Assembly: GCA_052426225.1 (NCBI GenBank)
Contig: JBNJNM010000011.1
Span: forward strand, 1,116,001-1,180,000
Direction: 5' to 3'
Length of the DNA: 64,000 bases
DNA from: Zancudomyces culisetae HAW-14-8
Taxonomy: Eukaryota > Fungi > Kickxellomycota
Under the pieces are notes generated by a model, which was not told the DNA's origin, made no database searches, and saw only the letters and a list, made by a program, of their open reading frames with translations. Of this stretch, positions 53,423 through 64,000 are shown piece by piece. The position numbers were made by a program, and so were the translations under genes. Each line of letters opens with the position of its first letter. The first letter of the stretch is position 1.

Positions 53423-54720
53423 TTTTTCAAAAAAAAATAAAAAATATATTAAAATGAATAAGTTAATGATCTTAGCAACTACTGTCTGATACGCTCTAGT
53501 ATATTTTATATAGTTTCCAAATGATTAAATCAATTGACAAGGTTCGCAGCTGTAGATTGAACTCGAACCTGTGAACACCTTTTACCGACGAACAAAAATT
53601 TTATGACCACCAACAGACAACAATGATTATTCATTAGCGAGACTTTCCTTAAAATGCTGAGGTATCAATAAATCACAGGATTGAACGCTTATTCCCTTGA
53701 AACTTTCGCACCTCACATTTTTTCAATTTATAATATAACCAAATAATGTCATTTTTGCCATACTTTTTTATTCTCGAAGCACAAAAATAATCAAAAGAAA
53801 CTATGCACAGGGATTTGTAATCTCGGGTAGAGAGTAGGCTTTAGCAGGTGACCTAGGTGTAATGCAACTATTAACTTACTCTGACACAGAAGAGCCAAAT
53901 ATGCAATAAATACGACTTCAGGGAAAAAATAAATTATCTAAGCTTTCGATTCCTTGTCACTATTTTTCAACTAACTTTTACTTCAAATTAGCCATTGAAT
54001 TCTTGATTTTTTAGTTTACTGTTTATTTTAGCTCCCGTGGTCAGTGTATTACATTTTCAAATCAATAAAGATATAAATTCCCATGCATGTGTGAGAAGTG
54101 GGAAGTAACTAATATGCTGAACAAGCTAAAAGTCTAAATACATTCCATTTCTACTCTGTAACATATAAAAAATGACGTATCTCTTCAGATAGCAAGTTCA
54201 CAAAATTTGTCTAAATACTCGAGCTTTAAAACCCGGATATTCTCGTTGTGCGTATAAATTTTGATATGTGGATTCCTAGCAAGATCGTTATTCTTTAAGT
54301 TTTTTTTTTGTTTGATGAATTTATTAAATAAATATCATATAAAACTATTTAGGTTTATTGATGTACACAATATTAGTAAAATAAACATGACATTTGTTTT
54401 GTAACAAAACCATTAAAAAAGTATTGTCTATGTTAAAAACAATCCGTATGTGAGAGTTTATCCAAAGTTTGGATGGAAATCAAAAATTATCAAATTTAAC
54501 CTTCAAAAAGTGATAAAAATTCTTTGATCTGTAAAAAACACGTTCGTAGAAAAAAACGTTTGAATAAACAGTTGTTTCATTGAATAGTTGTTTTAGTAAC
54601 CTAGATCTTTAGCCCTAACTAGAAAACCGTTCATTACAAACTATACATTCCTACTTTTGGTTTTAGGATCTTCGTTTTGAAACACTCATCATTGTATTTT
54701 GTCTTCTGAATAGGCTGTCG

Positions 54721-55803
54721 TTAGCTAATTAGTTTCCATCTTCTAACACACTGTTTGTTGATTTGAAACTTGGACCTATGATCACAAATACATTCTCCAA
54801 TCTTATCAGAATTCGCTGGACAGAATCCCATTTTTGGGTGGTAGTAGCCAACATCACTAAAATGATGCACTTGTTCCTTTTTTAAAAACATCGCTGCAGC
54901 GATAGTGTGAACCGGCGCATCTCCCCATCTTTCGTAAAAGAATCCCCCTTCACGATCTAAAAAGTTGAAAAAATCTTCGTACTTCTTTGATCGATAAAAG
55001 CTCAGCTCTGCTATTTCAAAATTGGACCAAAAGTGACAACCATTGTACTTTTTTCCATTCCCGCTGACATATTTAATAAAGTTCTCTGGTTCTATGTGTT
55101 GCGGGTACTTGTCCATAAACTTCAGCACTGAATCCCATAATGTAGGTATTGTTGCCATGAACTCCATTGGTGCCATATTCCAACCATAAACTAACTTGTT
55201 TTCTTTCATGTACTTGAATGGATCGTAATCTATATCACAGAAATACTCAACATCTGGCTCGATCCGCCAGTAATATTCCAAACCGTCCAAAAGTGGATGC
55301 CTGTAGAAATATCCGGATTGGAATCGGCACATAAACCTGTAGCTTTCACTTTTTCCGTACCTATACTTTGCTTTTTTGCGAGTCTCGGCTGCTTTCTGTT
55401 TATCAATATATGATGGATAACTCCATGCTTCGCCCTCAACTAAACCAAAAGTAACATTTGCTTTTGTCATAACTTGAACACCTTTTTTGAACTCGTCAGT
55501 GAAAGGTTTATCGTTGAGGAATATGTATGGATAGTTGTAATTTCTATTGAAGCGGTCTTCTATTTGTCGAATTGTTTTTCTTATACCTACAAGATCCGTA
55601 TTTCTAGTTAATGAAACAAATGCAGCCTTGACCCTCTTATCGTTGATTTTTTTTATTTTTGTACCATCTGAAGAATTCCATGAGCTTAATTCTTGTATTT
55701 TTAGCCTTGAAGTCTTAATGTCGATTATGGCATATCTAAAAGTTATAACTAGAAACAGTATTAACAGCAATGTGGTGAATACCACTCTCAGTTTTTTACG
55801 CAT
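54721..55803 (-). CDS. Alpha-1,2-mannosyltransferase, GT15 family, copy B (tandem paralogue)
   Basis: Same motifs as copy A (CHFWSNFEI); near-identical core. Confidence 0.96.
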   Translation of the reverse strand: MRKKLRVVFTTLLLILFLVITFRYAIIDIKTSRLKIQELSSWNSSDGTKIKKINDKRVKAAFVSLTRNTDLVGIRKTIRQIEDRFNRNYNYPYIFLNDKPFTDEFKKGVQVMTKANVTFGLVEGEAWSYPSYIDKQKAAETRKKAKYRYGKSESYRFMCRFQSGYFYRHPLLDGLEYYWRIEPDVEYFCDIDYDPFKYMKENKLVYGWNMAPMEFMATIPTLWDSVLKFMDKYPQHIEPENFIKYVSGNGKKYNGCHFWSNFEIAELSFYRSKKYEDFFNFLDREGGFFYERWGDAPVHTIAAAMFLKKEQVHHFSDVGYYHPKMGFCPANSDKIGECICDHRSKFQINKQCVRRWKLIS

Positions 55804-57511
55804 GTTACCTCGTACTAATACACCTGTTTTTTTTATAGAAAAAATGAACTAATCCTAGCTTGCGATATTTTGCTTCTTTTATACATTTTATTTCAAAAGT
55901 AAATATTATTATATAAATGCACCCAATACCTCAAAGGATTTTTAAAGCTTAATACTCTGGGCTATAATATTTTTTGCATTCGGTGTATGACCATTGCCGA
56001 TAAATAATCTATAAGAATATATTTTCACGCAAGGCTATTTATTTGTACGATACATTCCTTTGTTTGGCTTGTAATAGCCAGGGCCCAAAAAAAATAGAAT
56101 GTCACATTTGTGTTCCATTTTTTCTGTTAATGTGTTTGGGATATTTAGGGTATGGAAGACTCAACATTTTTATTTCCTAACTGCTTGAGAAAGTGCATTA
56201 ATGACAAAACTGTAAGTGTACATTGTGCTCGAAATAATTTCCGTCTGGTATGATACTCTGACAAGGGGTTGTTATTGATTCCAGAATTACAACGCAGACC
56301 ATGTGAATTACTCCAGCATTGTGGTATACGAAAATGTTATAGCAAAAAAATAATCCGCAATTTTCTAAATTGTATCCGGATATCACAAAACTTGCTTCTC
56401 GCTTTGAGTTTGATTTGCTTTCACATATGATTTTACTTATCCACGCCTCCTTTTTTTTGATACTGTCAGCGCTGAGAAAGCATAAACCCATTATTATTGA
56501 ATCTCAACGTGCTTGATACTGTTTTTCAATAAAAACGTGGCTGTAGGCAAATCCAACCTCATGTGAAGTTCATACGCCTGATTTTCACGTGACAGTATAA
56601 GAAGACAATCGCTTTTACTGCTAAAATGGATGCTTTGTTCTGTGCAAAAACAGTAGGCGTAGCCTTAAGGCAATAATAAACTCTGTTTTTTTGTACAACA
56701 AAAGCAATATTCACATTCGGAGGGTTTTTATATTTGTAGTTTTGCCCGTTTTTCCGTAGACCTTGTTTATACGATCATGCTTTTTTTGAAAAGCTTTTAT
56801 AATTATTTTCCAAGAAAGTGTATTTGCTTTTAAAAAAATAGGTGCATGTAGATAGGTAACTATCAATCACCCAGTATTTGAACGTTTAAAAAAAATGTTA
56901 CATCTTACTATGCATAGCAAATTTTTGTGAATTCTTTTCCCTTTTGCTGAATGGCTTCCAAGACGTATGTTTAAGCTGGGTGATCCGAGAAGATTCAACA
57001 CCATTTATGTTAGAAATTTATATTAATATACGTAAGCTAGGTATAGATAGTAGAAATTCACTTTATATACATTTTTGTAGCTCTTAATTCATGGTATACA
57101 GATCAATTCAGTACTTGAAATGCCTAATATATCGTGTTTATACACCCCATCAATGGGTTGCTCTAGTTTTTTTAAAAATAGAGTAAGCTGTAGTACGTAT
57201 TAATTAGAAAGGGGCTCAAGTCTTTATAGTATACACTGCCTGTATACTGTATATTGCTTGCAGTTTTTAAACAACGAAAGGAAGATTGAGAGTGTTGGCA
57301 ATCCAATATTCCGATAATATCCCAGTTAATTGCTACCAATGGCCAACCATAGTCCCCCAAGTTAAACCCCATGATTAACTCAAAACTATTGGCTGGTTTT
57401 TCGAGGCGAAAAATAAAAAGAGGGAAAAAAAATCGTGTTTACAGTAAATATACAAACAAAAATTTTTTTGTCCTGTTTACATTTCTTTATAACGAAATTA
57501 GCGATTGAACA

Positions 57512-59272
57512 ATGAGCGACGAAAAGAAAAATTTTGGGGGATATAGCTTAGATTTGGATGACGATTCAGGTAAAACAAAACATATATTTATGCTTAGCTT
57601 AATGTTTTAACAGTCATAATTCTGAGTTTCTAATCGCATACGCCCAAGGCAATAATTATTCAGTTCTAAAATCTCGAATTGTTTTTAAATAAATAGAGAA
57701 GGTCACCAAAAATGACAATCTAGTCGAAGTTAAAGAGGAGGTTCAGGTGAAGCTGGCTGATTCAAAGGGCGATCCAAACTCACCTCTGTATTCAGTGAAA
57801 TCATTTGAAGAACTTGGATTGTAAGCATCATTTTTATATTGCAGTCTGGTTACAATAATATTAGTGCGGTTGGTTCATATTTATAACGTATTTTAACTAT
57901 CTTTATAGACATAAGGATTTACTGAAGGGAATTTACGATATGAAATTTTCAAAACCTTCGAAAATCCAAGAAAAGGCGTTGCCTTTGTTGCTTGCTAACC
58001 CGTAAGTGCAATGGTGCAATCTGTATATATATGTGTTTATGTACAGCATATCAATATTTTGGCATGGCGACTTAAATAGGCCTAAAAATATGATTGGTCA
58101 ATCCCAATCTGGAACAGGAAAAACCGCAGCCTTTGTCTTGACCATGCTTAGCCGAATCGACTTCTCCAACAATACACCACAGGTATGTAAATGATTCCAA
58201 AAGAAATAACCTAATAGTAAAATATGTTTGTTCTTGTGCCCTCTATTCATTTTTATGTTTTTTTTTGCTGGTAATTCAAATGCTGCAGTTTTTTACCAAA
58301 AAATTAAATACGGAATAGGCGATATGCTTAGGACCTACGAGGGAGCTTGCGAGGCAAATCTTGCAAGTAGTTGAGGAGATGGCAAAGTATACTCAACTGA
58401 AAGTGCACTCGGCGGTAAAGGATGACGAAAAGGCAAGGGAAAAGATCGACGCACACTTGATAGTGGGAACACCAGGAAAAGTAACAGAGCTGATTTCAAA
58501 GCGACTTTTGCCTGTTAATATGATTAAGATATTTGTCCTTGATGAAGCCGACAATATGTTGGACGTGCAGGGACTAGGAGATCAGAGTCTGAGAATTAGG
58601 ACTCTGATGCCAAAGACTTGCCAAATAGTTTTGTTTTCAGCTACGTTTCCGGATAAAGTCAGAACATTCAGTCAAAGGTTTGCACCTGGTGCTAACGAAA
58701 TCAGTCTAAAGGCAGAGGAGTTAACGGTAGCAGGTATTAAACAATTCTATATGGACTGCAAAAGCGAAGAACACAAGTTCGAGATATTGGTTAGCCTTTA
58801 CTCGCTGCTTACAATTGGCCAGAGTATCATATTTGTGCGAAAGAGAGATACAGCAGATAAAATAGCCATGAAAATGACAGCACAAGGACACAAAGTAGTA
58901 TCTCTACACGGAAAAATGGAAAGTAAAGATAGAGATACGATTATGGATAGTTTTAGACAGGGAACAACAAAAGTTTTAATTACAACAAATGTTATGGCTA
59001 GAGGAATAGATATTTCCCAAGTAAACATGGTAATCAACTATGACATTCCCGTGGATGGGAATGGCAGACCCGATCCCGAAACCTATCTACATAGAATTGG
59101 ACGGACGGGAAGATTTGGAAGAACTGGTGCTAGTGTCAATTTTGTTAGCGATCAGAGAAGTTATGATGAAATGAAAGCTATACAAAATCACTTTGGCTGT
59201 GAAATTGTTAAGGTTCCAACAGATGATGAAGAAAGAATTGCAAAGATTCTGAAGGAGGCGCTAAAGTCTTAA
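57512..59272 (+). CDS. DBP5: DEAD-box mRNA export helicase DBP5/DDX19; exons 57512-57569, 57697-57820, 57909-58001, 58080-58182, 58319-59272
   Basis: Spliced product contains [77 protein letters not shown] and [13 protein letters not shown]. Introns are GT-AG with consistent phases. Confidence 0.96.
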
Positions 59273-59677
59273 ACTCTATGCTTTTCAGCATTGCACTCTT
59301 TATTATTACCACTGACACTGCGTTTTGAAATTTTATTATTTCTCCTCTTCCATCCCCTCTTCATTTTTTTTTGTATTTGTTTTTGTTTAGCACCTTCAAT
59401 TATGGAATTCAAGTTGTCTATTAAAGATATTTACAAAATTAATAAAAGTAGTATTAAAAACATGCTTTTATAAGCTGTTAAACAAGGAATGGTAAAACAA
59501 AGAAAATGTATATGTATATGTAAATGTAAATGTAAATTAGGAGCGGTTTTCAGAAATACTGATATATGTGCTACAGGATATCTTGAATGTTGTTGTAGTG
59601 ATAAAAAAGCAAGATGGTTTAGATGAAGAGGTGATAAAAGTAAAGGAGTGTGATGATAGAAAGGGAAATAAGATACT

Positions 59678-62600
59678 TCAGTCTTTTACTAGCCATTTCA
59701 GCCTCTTGGTTCTGTTCAATAGCTGCGATTCAATAAATCGGGCAGCGGTGTCATCATCGGTTCGAAGACGAAGCAGTCTCAAGATGTAATCTGCTTTGTT
59801 TGGAATAATTTCACGGTTTTTGGTAAAGGGAGTGGGATCTGTATCTTTAGTTTGCTGTAATTCAGAAATATAAAACGAAGAATCAGGAACCAGCAGTCGA
59901 GAGTTGTCAATATTATTCGTATTCTTACTCTTATTTTCATTTATGTTTAAATAAGCAATCTCATCATTGCCATTGCCATTAGAGTTACTATTACTATTGT
60001 AACTATTATTATTTCCAGTATCATCATTATAAAACTGGTTGTGGAAATACCTATTAGCTGGCGTAGCTGTTGGGATATGTGTGTCTAGGTTCGAAGCTCC
60101 CACACTTTTATGCTTATTTAAAACACCAATAGGTAGTTTTTGTTCATAATTTTGAGATGGTACAAAGGTCGATTTTGAATGATTATGTTTGTAGTATTTA
60201 GTAATAGCTTTGTTCGGGCGTGTCTTGGCGTCATTTTCGGAATTTAAAGTATTAAGAATGTACGATTTTGCCGTTTCTACCGGATTCTGGCCAGGCTGTG
60301 ATGAGTTTTTAGCTAATGCCGGAGTTGGATACGGTGATACATCATTATTTGGCCCCTTGTTGACAGAGTCTATGCGAGTACTGATGGGTTTTCTTTCAGT
60401 CAAACTATGCTTATCCTCAGTAACTTTTTGCAGAGCACCTGGAGATCCGGTAAAAACACTATCATGGCCAGATCTACTTGATTTATCATCAATATTTGTA
60501 TCTGAAGAGGTAGCTTGGGCGTCTGCGTCTGCAGATCTCATTATGCTCTCAAGAGTCAACAACTTCCCAAAGGCTCCACTACCAATACGAGCATGTTTTT
60601 GACTGGATTTTTTCTCTGGTGTATTTGGAAGCGGTTTTCCGGTTGAACTTTTGTTTGGGACATAAAATTTATCCTTTAAAGGCACTACAGAGTTTACAAC
60701 AAATCGATCTGGTGTAAGAGTGGGTGGTACTCTAATGTGTATAGAAGTAGAAGTGTTTCTAGGAGACAATTCGGAATCTGGTACCTGATGGTCAGCAAAA
60801 GCGTAAACTTTGGATAGCTGTGTTAAGCCTGTGTCCGCCTCAGAGTTGTTGTAAACTGTGGATAATTTTTTGACATCAACACCTGTAACTTTCCCATCTT
60901 TGGATTTGATGCCTATCGCACTAACTCCTGGGAAGGTCTCTTTAGCGGTTTTAGGCTGAGATAGAGGAGAGGTCTGTGATAGTATTCCACCATGCGCATT
61001 TTCGCTTGGGGGTGTTGGGAGGGGTTTTTTTGTAATGATACTGTTAGAACAGGTAGATGAGACCTTTGCATCAGAGGATGGGAAAGATGAGTTGCTGCGG
61101 ATGCTCATAAGCTCAAACTCTTTATTCACAGTTATGTATTCGTTGATTAGCTCTAATGTGCTTCGGTAATATATGTCCTTGACATAAAAGAGATCGCGGT
61201 ACTGATAGTTTTCTAATAGATCCATGCTTAGACCATTCTTGTCATCTCCACCACTGAAAAACCACTTAAAGTAGTCTATTGAGTCGTAAATAATACACAA
61301 GTCAGGCTCGGCAAATGGCTTCGCTAGATCTAACGTGTCATCACGTAGTTGAGGAAGCAAAATACTTAAAAACGCACGAAGCATTTCATTCCAAAGCTGC
61401 AACACTATCCTATCCGCTACTTCTTCATACGAAAACGAATAAAGAATTCGCAAATTGGTATTTAGATAATCTATGATTGGAACCAGGCCTTCTTCCCAGG
61501 CATGAACAGAAATCCGATAAAAACCTACACTTTCCTCCTCGCGATGGAAATACCCCACAGTTTTCTTTAAAAAGTTGAGCGGTAGCCCTCCAAAGATAGT
61601 GTTTCGTTTATGATTATCATCTCTGTTCGATATCCCATCACTCGTAAAAGTGCCAGGTTTGCTAGTATTACCTGTGCTCAACGTGGCACTACTCATATTT
61701 CTGAAAGGAGAATATGAACCGTTCGGAGTTTTTTCAACGATTTTCCCGGTTTTACGCCGTGCCTTGACAAACGCTTTAAATAGCTGCGACCGAATAGAAA
61801 TCAACGACTCCTCAATTAGCCGACACTCTAAGCCCGTAAGAGTACGATCTAATATATTAAACATTCTGCCAAAGTAGAACATCATATCATCGACGTGGAA
61901 ATCCACACCAATCTTAATCAAAATGCTTCCGCTTGGTGCGAGATCAACATTTAAATCGACGACATTGCCATTGGACTTGAGAATAGCGCTCGAAAGAAAG
62001 AATACGCCGCTTCCATGAATCTTTTCCACACCACCTAAACTTCGCGGTTTATCTTTCGTACATACTCTAACCTCAACGGGATATTTAATGGTGTTGGTTT
62101 CTTTGTCACGAACACATACGCTATAGAATGGATGTGGCTCTATATCAAATGTCTGATTCCACCTTAAAGTACCTGTGTTTGTTCGCGCTCTTCGCGTATG
62201 GCCTACAGTAATCTCACGAGGTTTATTGCGGCCATCTTTGTATTTCATTACTAGTCTTACATATGGTTGGCTACTTTCGGTATTTTCCATAAGAGAGTTC
62301 TTGTTCGTTTTAAACGCATAAGCGTTTTCTGAAGTGCAAATCTTCACAGAATACATGTACCTGGCAGCTGATGTTCTTAGTGAGCCTAATGATTGTCTCG
62401 CATCTCCTCCCAACGCCACTGCTACAGTAGGGAGCTTTAGCTGGGCTGATATAGAATTCATTTTCTCATATACCACGTATATGTTGTTTAATTTTATACA
62501 CAGCTCTGAGATAAATCGTGAGTTGCTCTCCAGTGAGTATTGCTTACTAATATCAGTAGAATTGGTTTTTCCCAACAGTTTTGCCGCATTGAACAATCCA

Positions 62601-64000
62601 CTACTCTCTTTAAAATGAGCAATGCCCATCGCTCCTGGTACTGTCGCTACTGCATTTGTGCCAGGCTTTTGTGTATCGTAAAATTGTTGTTCTATTGCCA
62701 TAGAGTATTGTTCAAAATTTTGGCTAATAATTTTACAAAATCTGTTCAAAAACCGCCCATACGACAACATTGAAGGCCATTTGATCGCCTCGACAATTGG
62801 CATTTGCTGTGCAAAACATGCAACTAGGTCTGTTACAGATGAAGAGTGTTTTGAAAATCCCAGTATATCCGTTTTTTTATCCATCAATAGTGCATTACTC
62901 AACCATCCTGGTACCTCTTTCTCAAGCACACTTAGCCATCCATCTAACACATCGTCGAACCATTCATTCAGGGACTGCTCATAGATAACCTCATAGTCAT
63001 GATACTTGCACAAATATGTGAGGTGCATATAGGTGGAATGAGCGGTTAACATGGATGTTATATGTGTTTCGATAACATGGTCACGCCTTTTGAACACATT
63101 ATTCATTACATCTTCGTAGAAGGCTTGAACCACAATGGTTAAGAATATTCCAGCAATATCGTGGTTACAATACATGCTGTTTTTTGGAAAGGCCTCAATC
63201 AGTTTGTTGTAAGCTTTTATTATATTCTTGCTTATCTCCATGTATATCAAATAGGCAAATTCGAGGTTTTTTTCATCCTCCAAAACCTTTCTCTTCATTT
63301 CCAAGTAATTACGACCTGCAACTGGCTTCAGTATTTCCTCTATTTTGTCTCGGCTCGCTTCAATCCGTGATTTTTCGTCTTTTTGTGTACCAAAATTTGA
63401 AACTGGTGTAGCAACCCTCTCATACTCTACCTGCTCAATACACGTTAAAACTTTTCTGATGTTTTTTAAATCTTCATCGCTGGCGGCATCGATATCATCT
63501 AAGCATGCCTCTAGTAGACTTAATGCATGCATTTCAATAGTATCAACTGTATTCGACAAGTATATAACGTACGCTTTCTGCCAGTTGCTTTTTCCTACCT
63601 TCAAAATTGCTCTTTCCACCCCCTTGAATGCATCAAATAAGTAGCTTATAGGTAAAGTTCCGCTAATCCAGTATTCTTTTACAACATCCAATATACAGGT
63701 AGCTCTGAATCCATCACCAATTCTCCATACAAACGCACATTGCTTTAGTAACTTTTCAGCATTCTGTGAAATAGAAAGATTAGATCCCGTCTTGGAACTG
63801 GTATTGTTGTAAACATCTGCCAGAAAGGCCTTTTTATAAAGCAATTTATAACTCCCAAGTCGTTTGTCTGGTATAAGCCTGAATCTGGTTCTAAAAGTAA
63901 ACGGTGTTACCGACGCTCGGTTGGGATTTGTTGACTTTCCCTCAAATGCTACTGATTTTTGAGAAAATTTATTAAGTACAATGCTCAATGAAATTAGTTC
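59678..64000 (-). CDS. Munc13-homology (MUN; MHD1-C2-MHD2) domain protein; 5' truncated by window edge
   Basis: MHD1-like WLSNALLMD...HSSSVTDL..F.Q, C2-like SQPYVRL...TLRWNQTFDI, and MHD2-like PIIDYLNTNLRIL...LQLWNEML...LLP. Frame is open to base 64000. Confidence 0.82.
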   Translation of the reverse strand, partial: ELISLSIVLNKFSQKSVAFEGKSTNPNRASVTPFTFRTRFRLIPDKRLGSYKLLYKKAFLADVYNNTSSKTGSNLSISQNAEKLLKQCAFVWRIGDGFRATCILDVVKEYWISGTLPISYLFDAFKGVERAILKVGKSNWQKAYVIYLSNTVDTIEMHALSLLEACLDDIDAASDEDLKNIRKVLTCIEQVEYERVATPVSNFGTQKDEKSRIEASRDKIEEILKPVAGRNYLEMKRKVLEDEKNLEFAYLIYMEISKNIIKAYNKLIEAFPKNSMYCNHDIAGIFLTIVVQAFYEDVMNNVFKRRDHVIETHITSMLTAHSTYMHLTYLCKYHDYEVIYEQSLNEWFDDVLDGWLSVLEKEVPGWLSNALLMDKKTDILGFSKHSSSVTDLVACFAQQMPIVEAIKWPSMLSYGRFLNRFCKIISQNFEQYSMAIEQQFYDTQKPGTNAVATVPGAMGIAHFKESSGLFNAAKLLGKTNSTDISKQYSLESNSRFISELCIKLNNIYVVYEKMNSISAQLKLPTVAVALGGDARQSLGSLRTSAARYMYSVKICTSENAYAFKTNKNSLMENTESSQPYVRLVMKYKDGRNKPREITVGHTRRARTNTGTLRWNQTFDIEPHPFYSVCVRDKETNTIKYPVEVRVCTKDKPRSLGGVEKIHGSGVFFLSSAILKSNGNVVDLNVDLAPSGSILIKIGVDFHVDDMMFYFGRMFNILDRTLTGLECRLIEESLISIRSQLFKAFVKARRKTGKIVEKTPNGSYSPFRNMSSATLSTGNTSKPGTFTSDGISNRDDNHKRNTIFGGLPLNFLKKTVGYFHREEESVGFYRISVHAWEEGLVPIIDYLNTNLRILYSFSYEEVADRIVLQLWNEMLRAFLSILLPQLRDDTLDLAKPFAEPDLCIIYDSIDYFKWFFSGGDDKNGLSMDLLENYQYRDLFYVKDIYYRSTLELINEYITVNKEFELMSIRSNSSFPSSDAKVSSTCSNSIITKKPLPTPPSENAHGGILSQTSPLSQPKTAKETFPGVSAIGIKSKDGKVTGVDVKKLSTVYNNSEADTGLTQLSKVYAFADHQVPDSELSPRNTSTSIHIRVPPTLTPDRFVVNSVVPLKDKFYVPNKSSTGKPLPNTPEKKSSQKHARIGSGAFGKLLTLESIMRSADADAQATSSDTNIDDKSSRSGHDSVFTGSPGALQKVTEDKHSLTERKPISTRIDSVNKGPNNDVSPYPTPALAKNSSQPGQNPVETAKSYILNTLNSENDAKTRPNKAITKYYKHNHSKSTFVPSQNYEQKLPIGVLNKHKSVGASNLDTHIPTATPANRYFHNQFYNDDTGNNNSYNSNSNSNGNGNDEIAYLNINENKSKNTNNIDNSRLLVPDSSFYISELQQTKDTDPTPFTKNREIIPNKADYILRLLRLRTDDDTAARFIESQLLNRTKRLKWLVKD

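Noticed and set aside
53577-53586. ACCTTTTACC, resembling U5 loop I
   Set aside because: Lacks the invariant GCCTTTTAC and the enclosing stem.
1-64000. CRISPR arrays, rRNA, tRNA (including tRNA-Sec), SECIS elements and in-frame-UGA selenoprotein genes
   Set aside because: The sequence is eukaryotic with no repeat-spacer array. I found no cloverleaf with a T-loop consensus, no rRNA motifs, and no convincing SECIS core or UGA-interrupted redox motif by eye. tRNAscan-SE and SECISearch would be needed to exclude them formally.

Overview
Eukaryotic, AT-rich fungal genomic DNA, with GT-AG spliceosomal introns, fungal gene families and many microsatellite-derived low-complexity coding tracts. An early-diverging fungus such as Zoopagomycota/Harpellales is my inference from protein character only. 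About 20 protein-coding loci are supported: an OSBP 3' end, a mitochondrial PPR protein, a class-2 DYRK kinase, a Snapin-like protein, WDR6/Trm734, two small secreted Cys-rich paralogues, a duplicated WDR6 3' end, a Tc1/IS630-type HTH ORF, MECR/ETR1, a divergent QNG1/DUF2419-like protein, DCS1 (2 exons), an unknown coiled-coil protein, INO80, an ERF4/GOLGA7-domain protein, VTI1 (7 exons, missed by the ORF track), two tandem GT15 mannosyltransferases, DBP5 (5 exons) and a MUN/C2 protein. The most unusual structure is a ~6.5 kb AT-rich island (~15.83-22.39 kb) bracketed by near-identical ~620 bp direct repeats of the WDR6 3' end. It carries (i) a candidate structured ncRNA with an Sm-type site and (ii) two secreted proteins with a conserved promoter and prepro region but hypervariable mature domains. 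All family calls come from motif recognition by eye; no database search or folding program was run.
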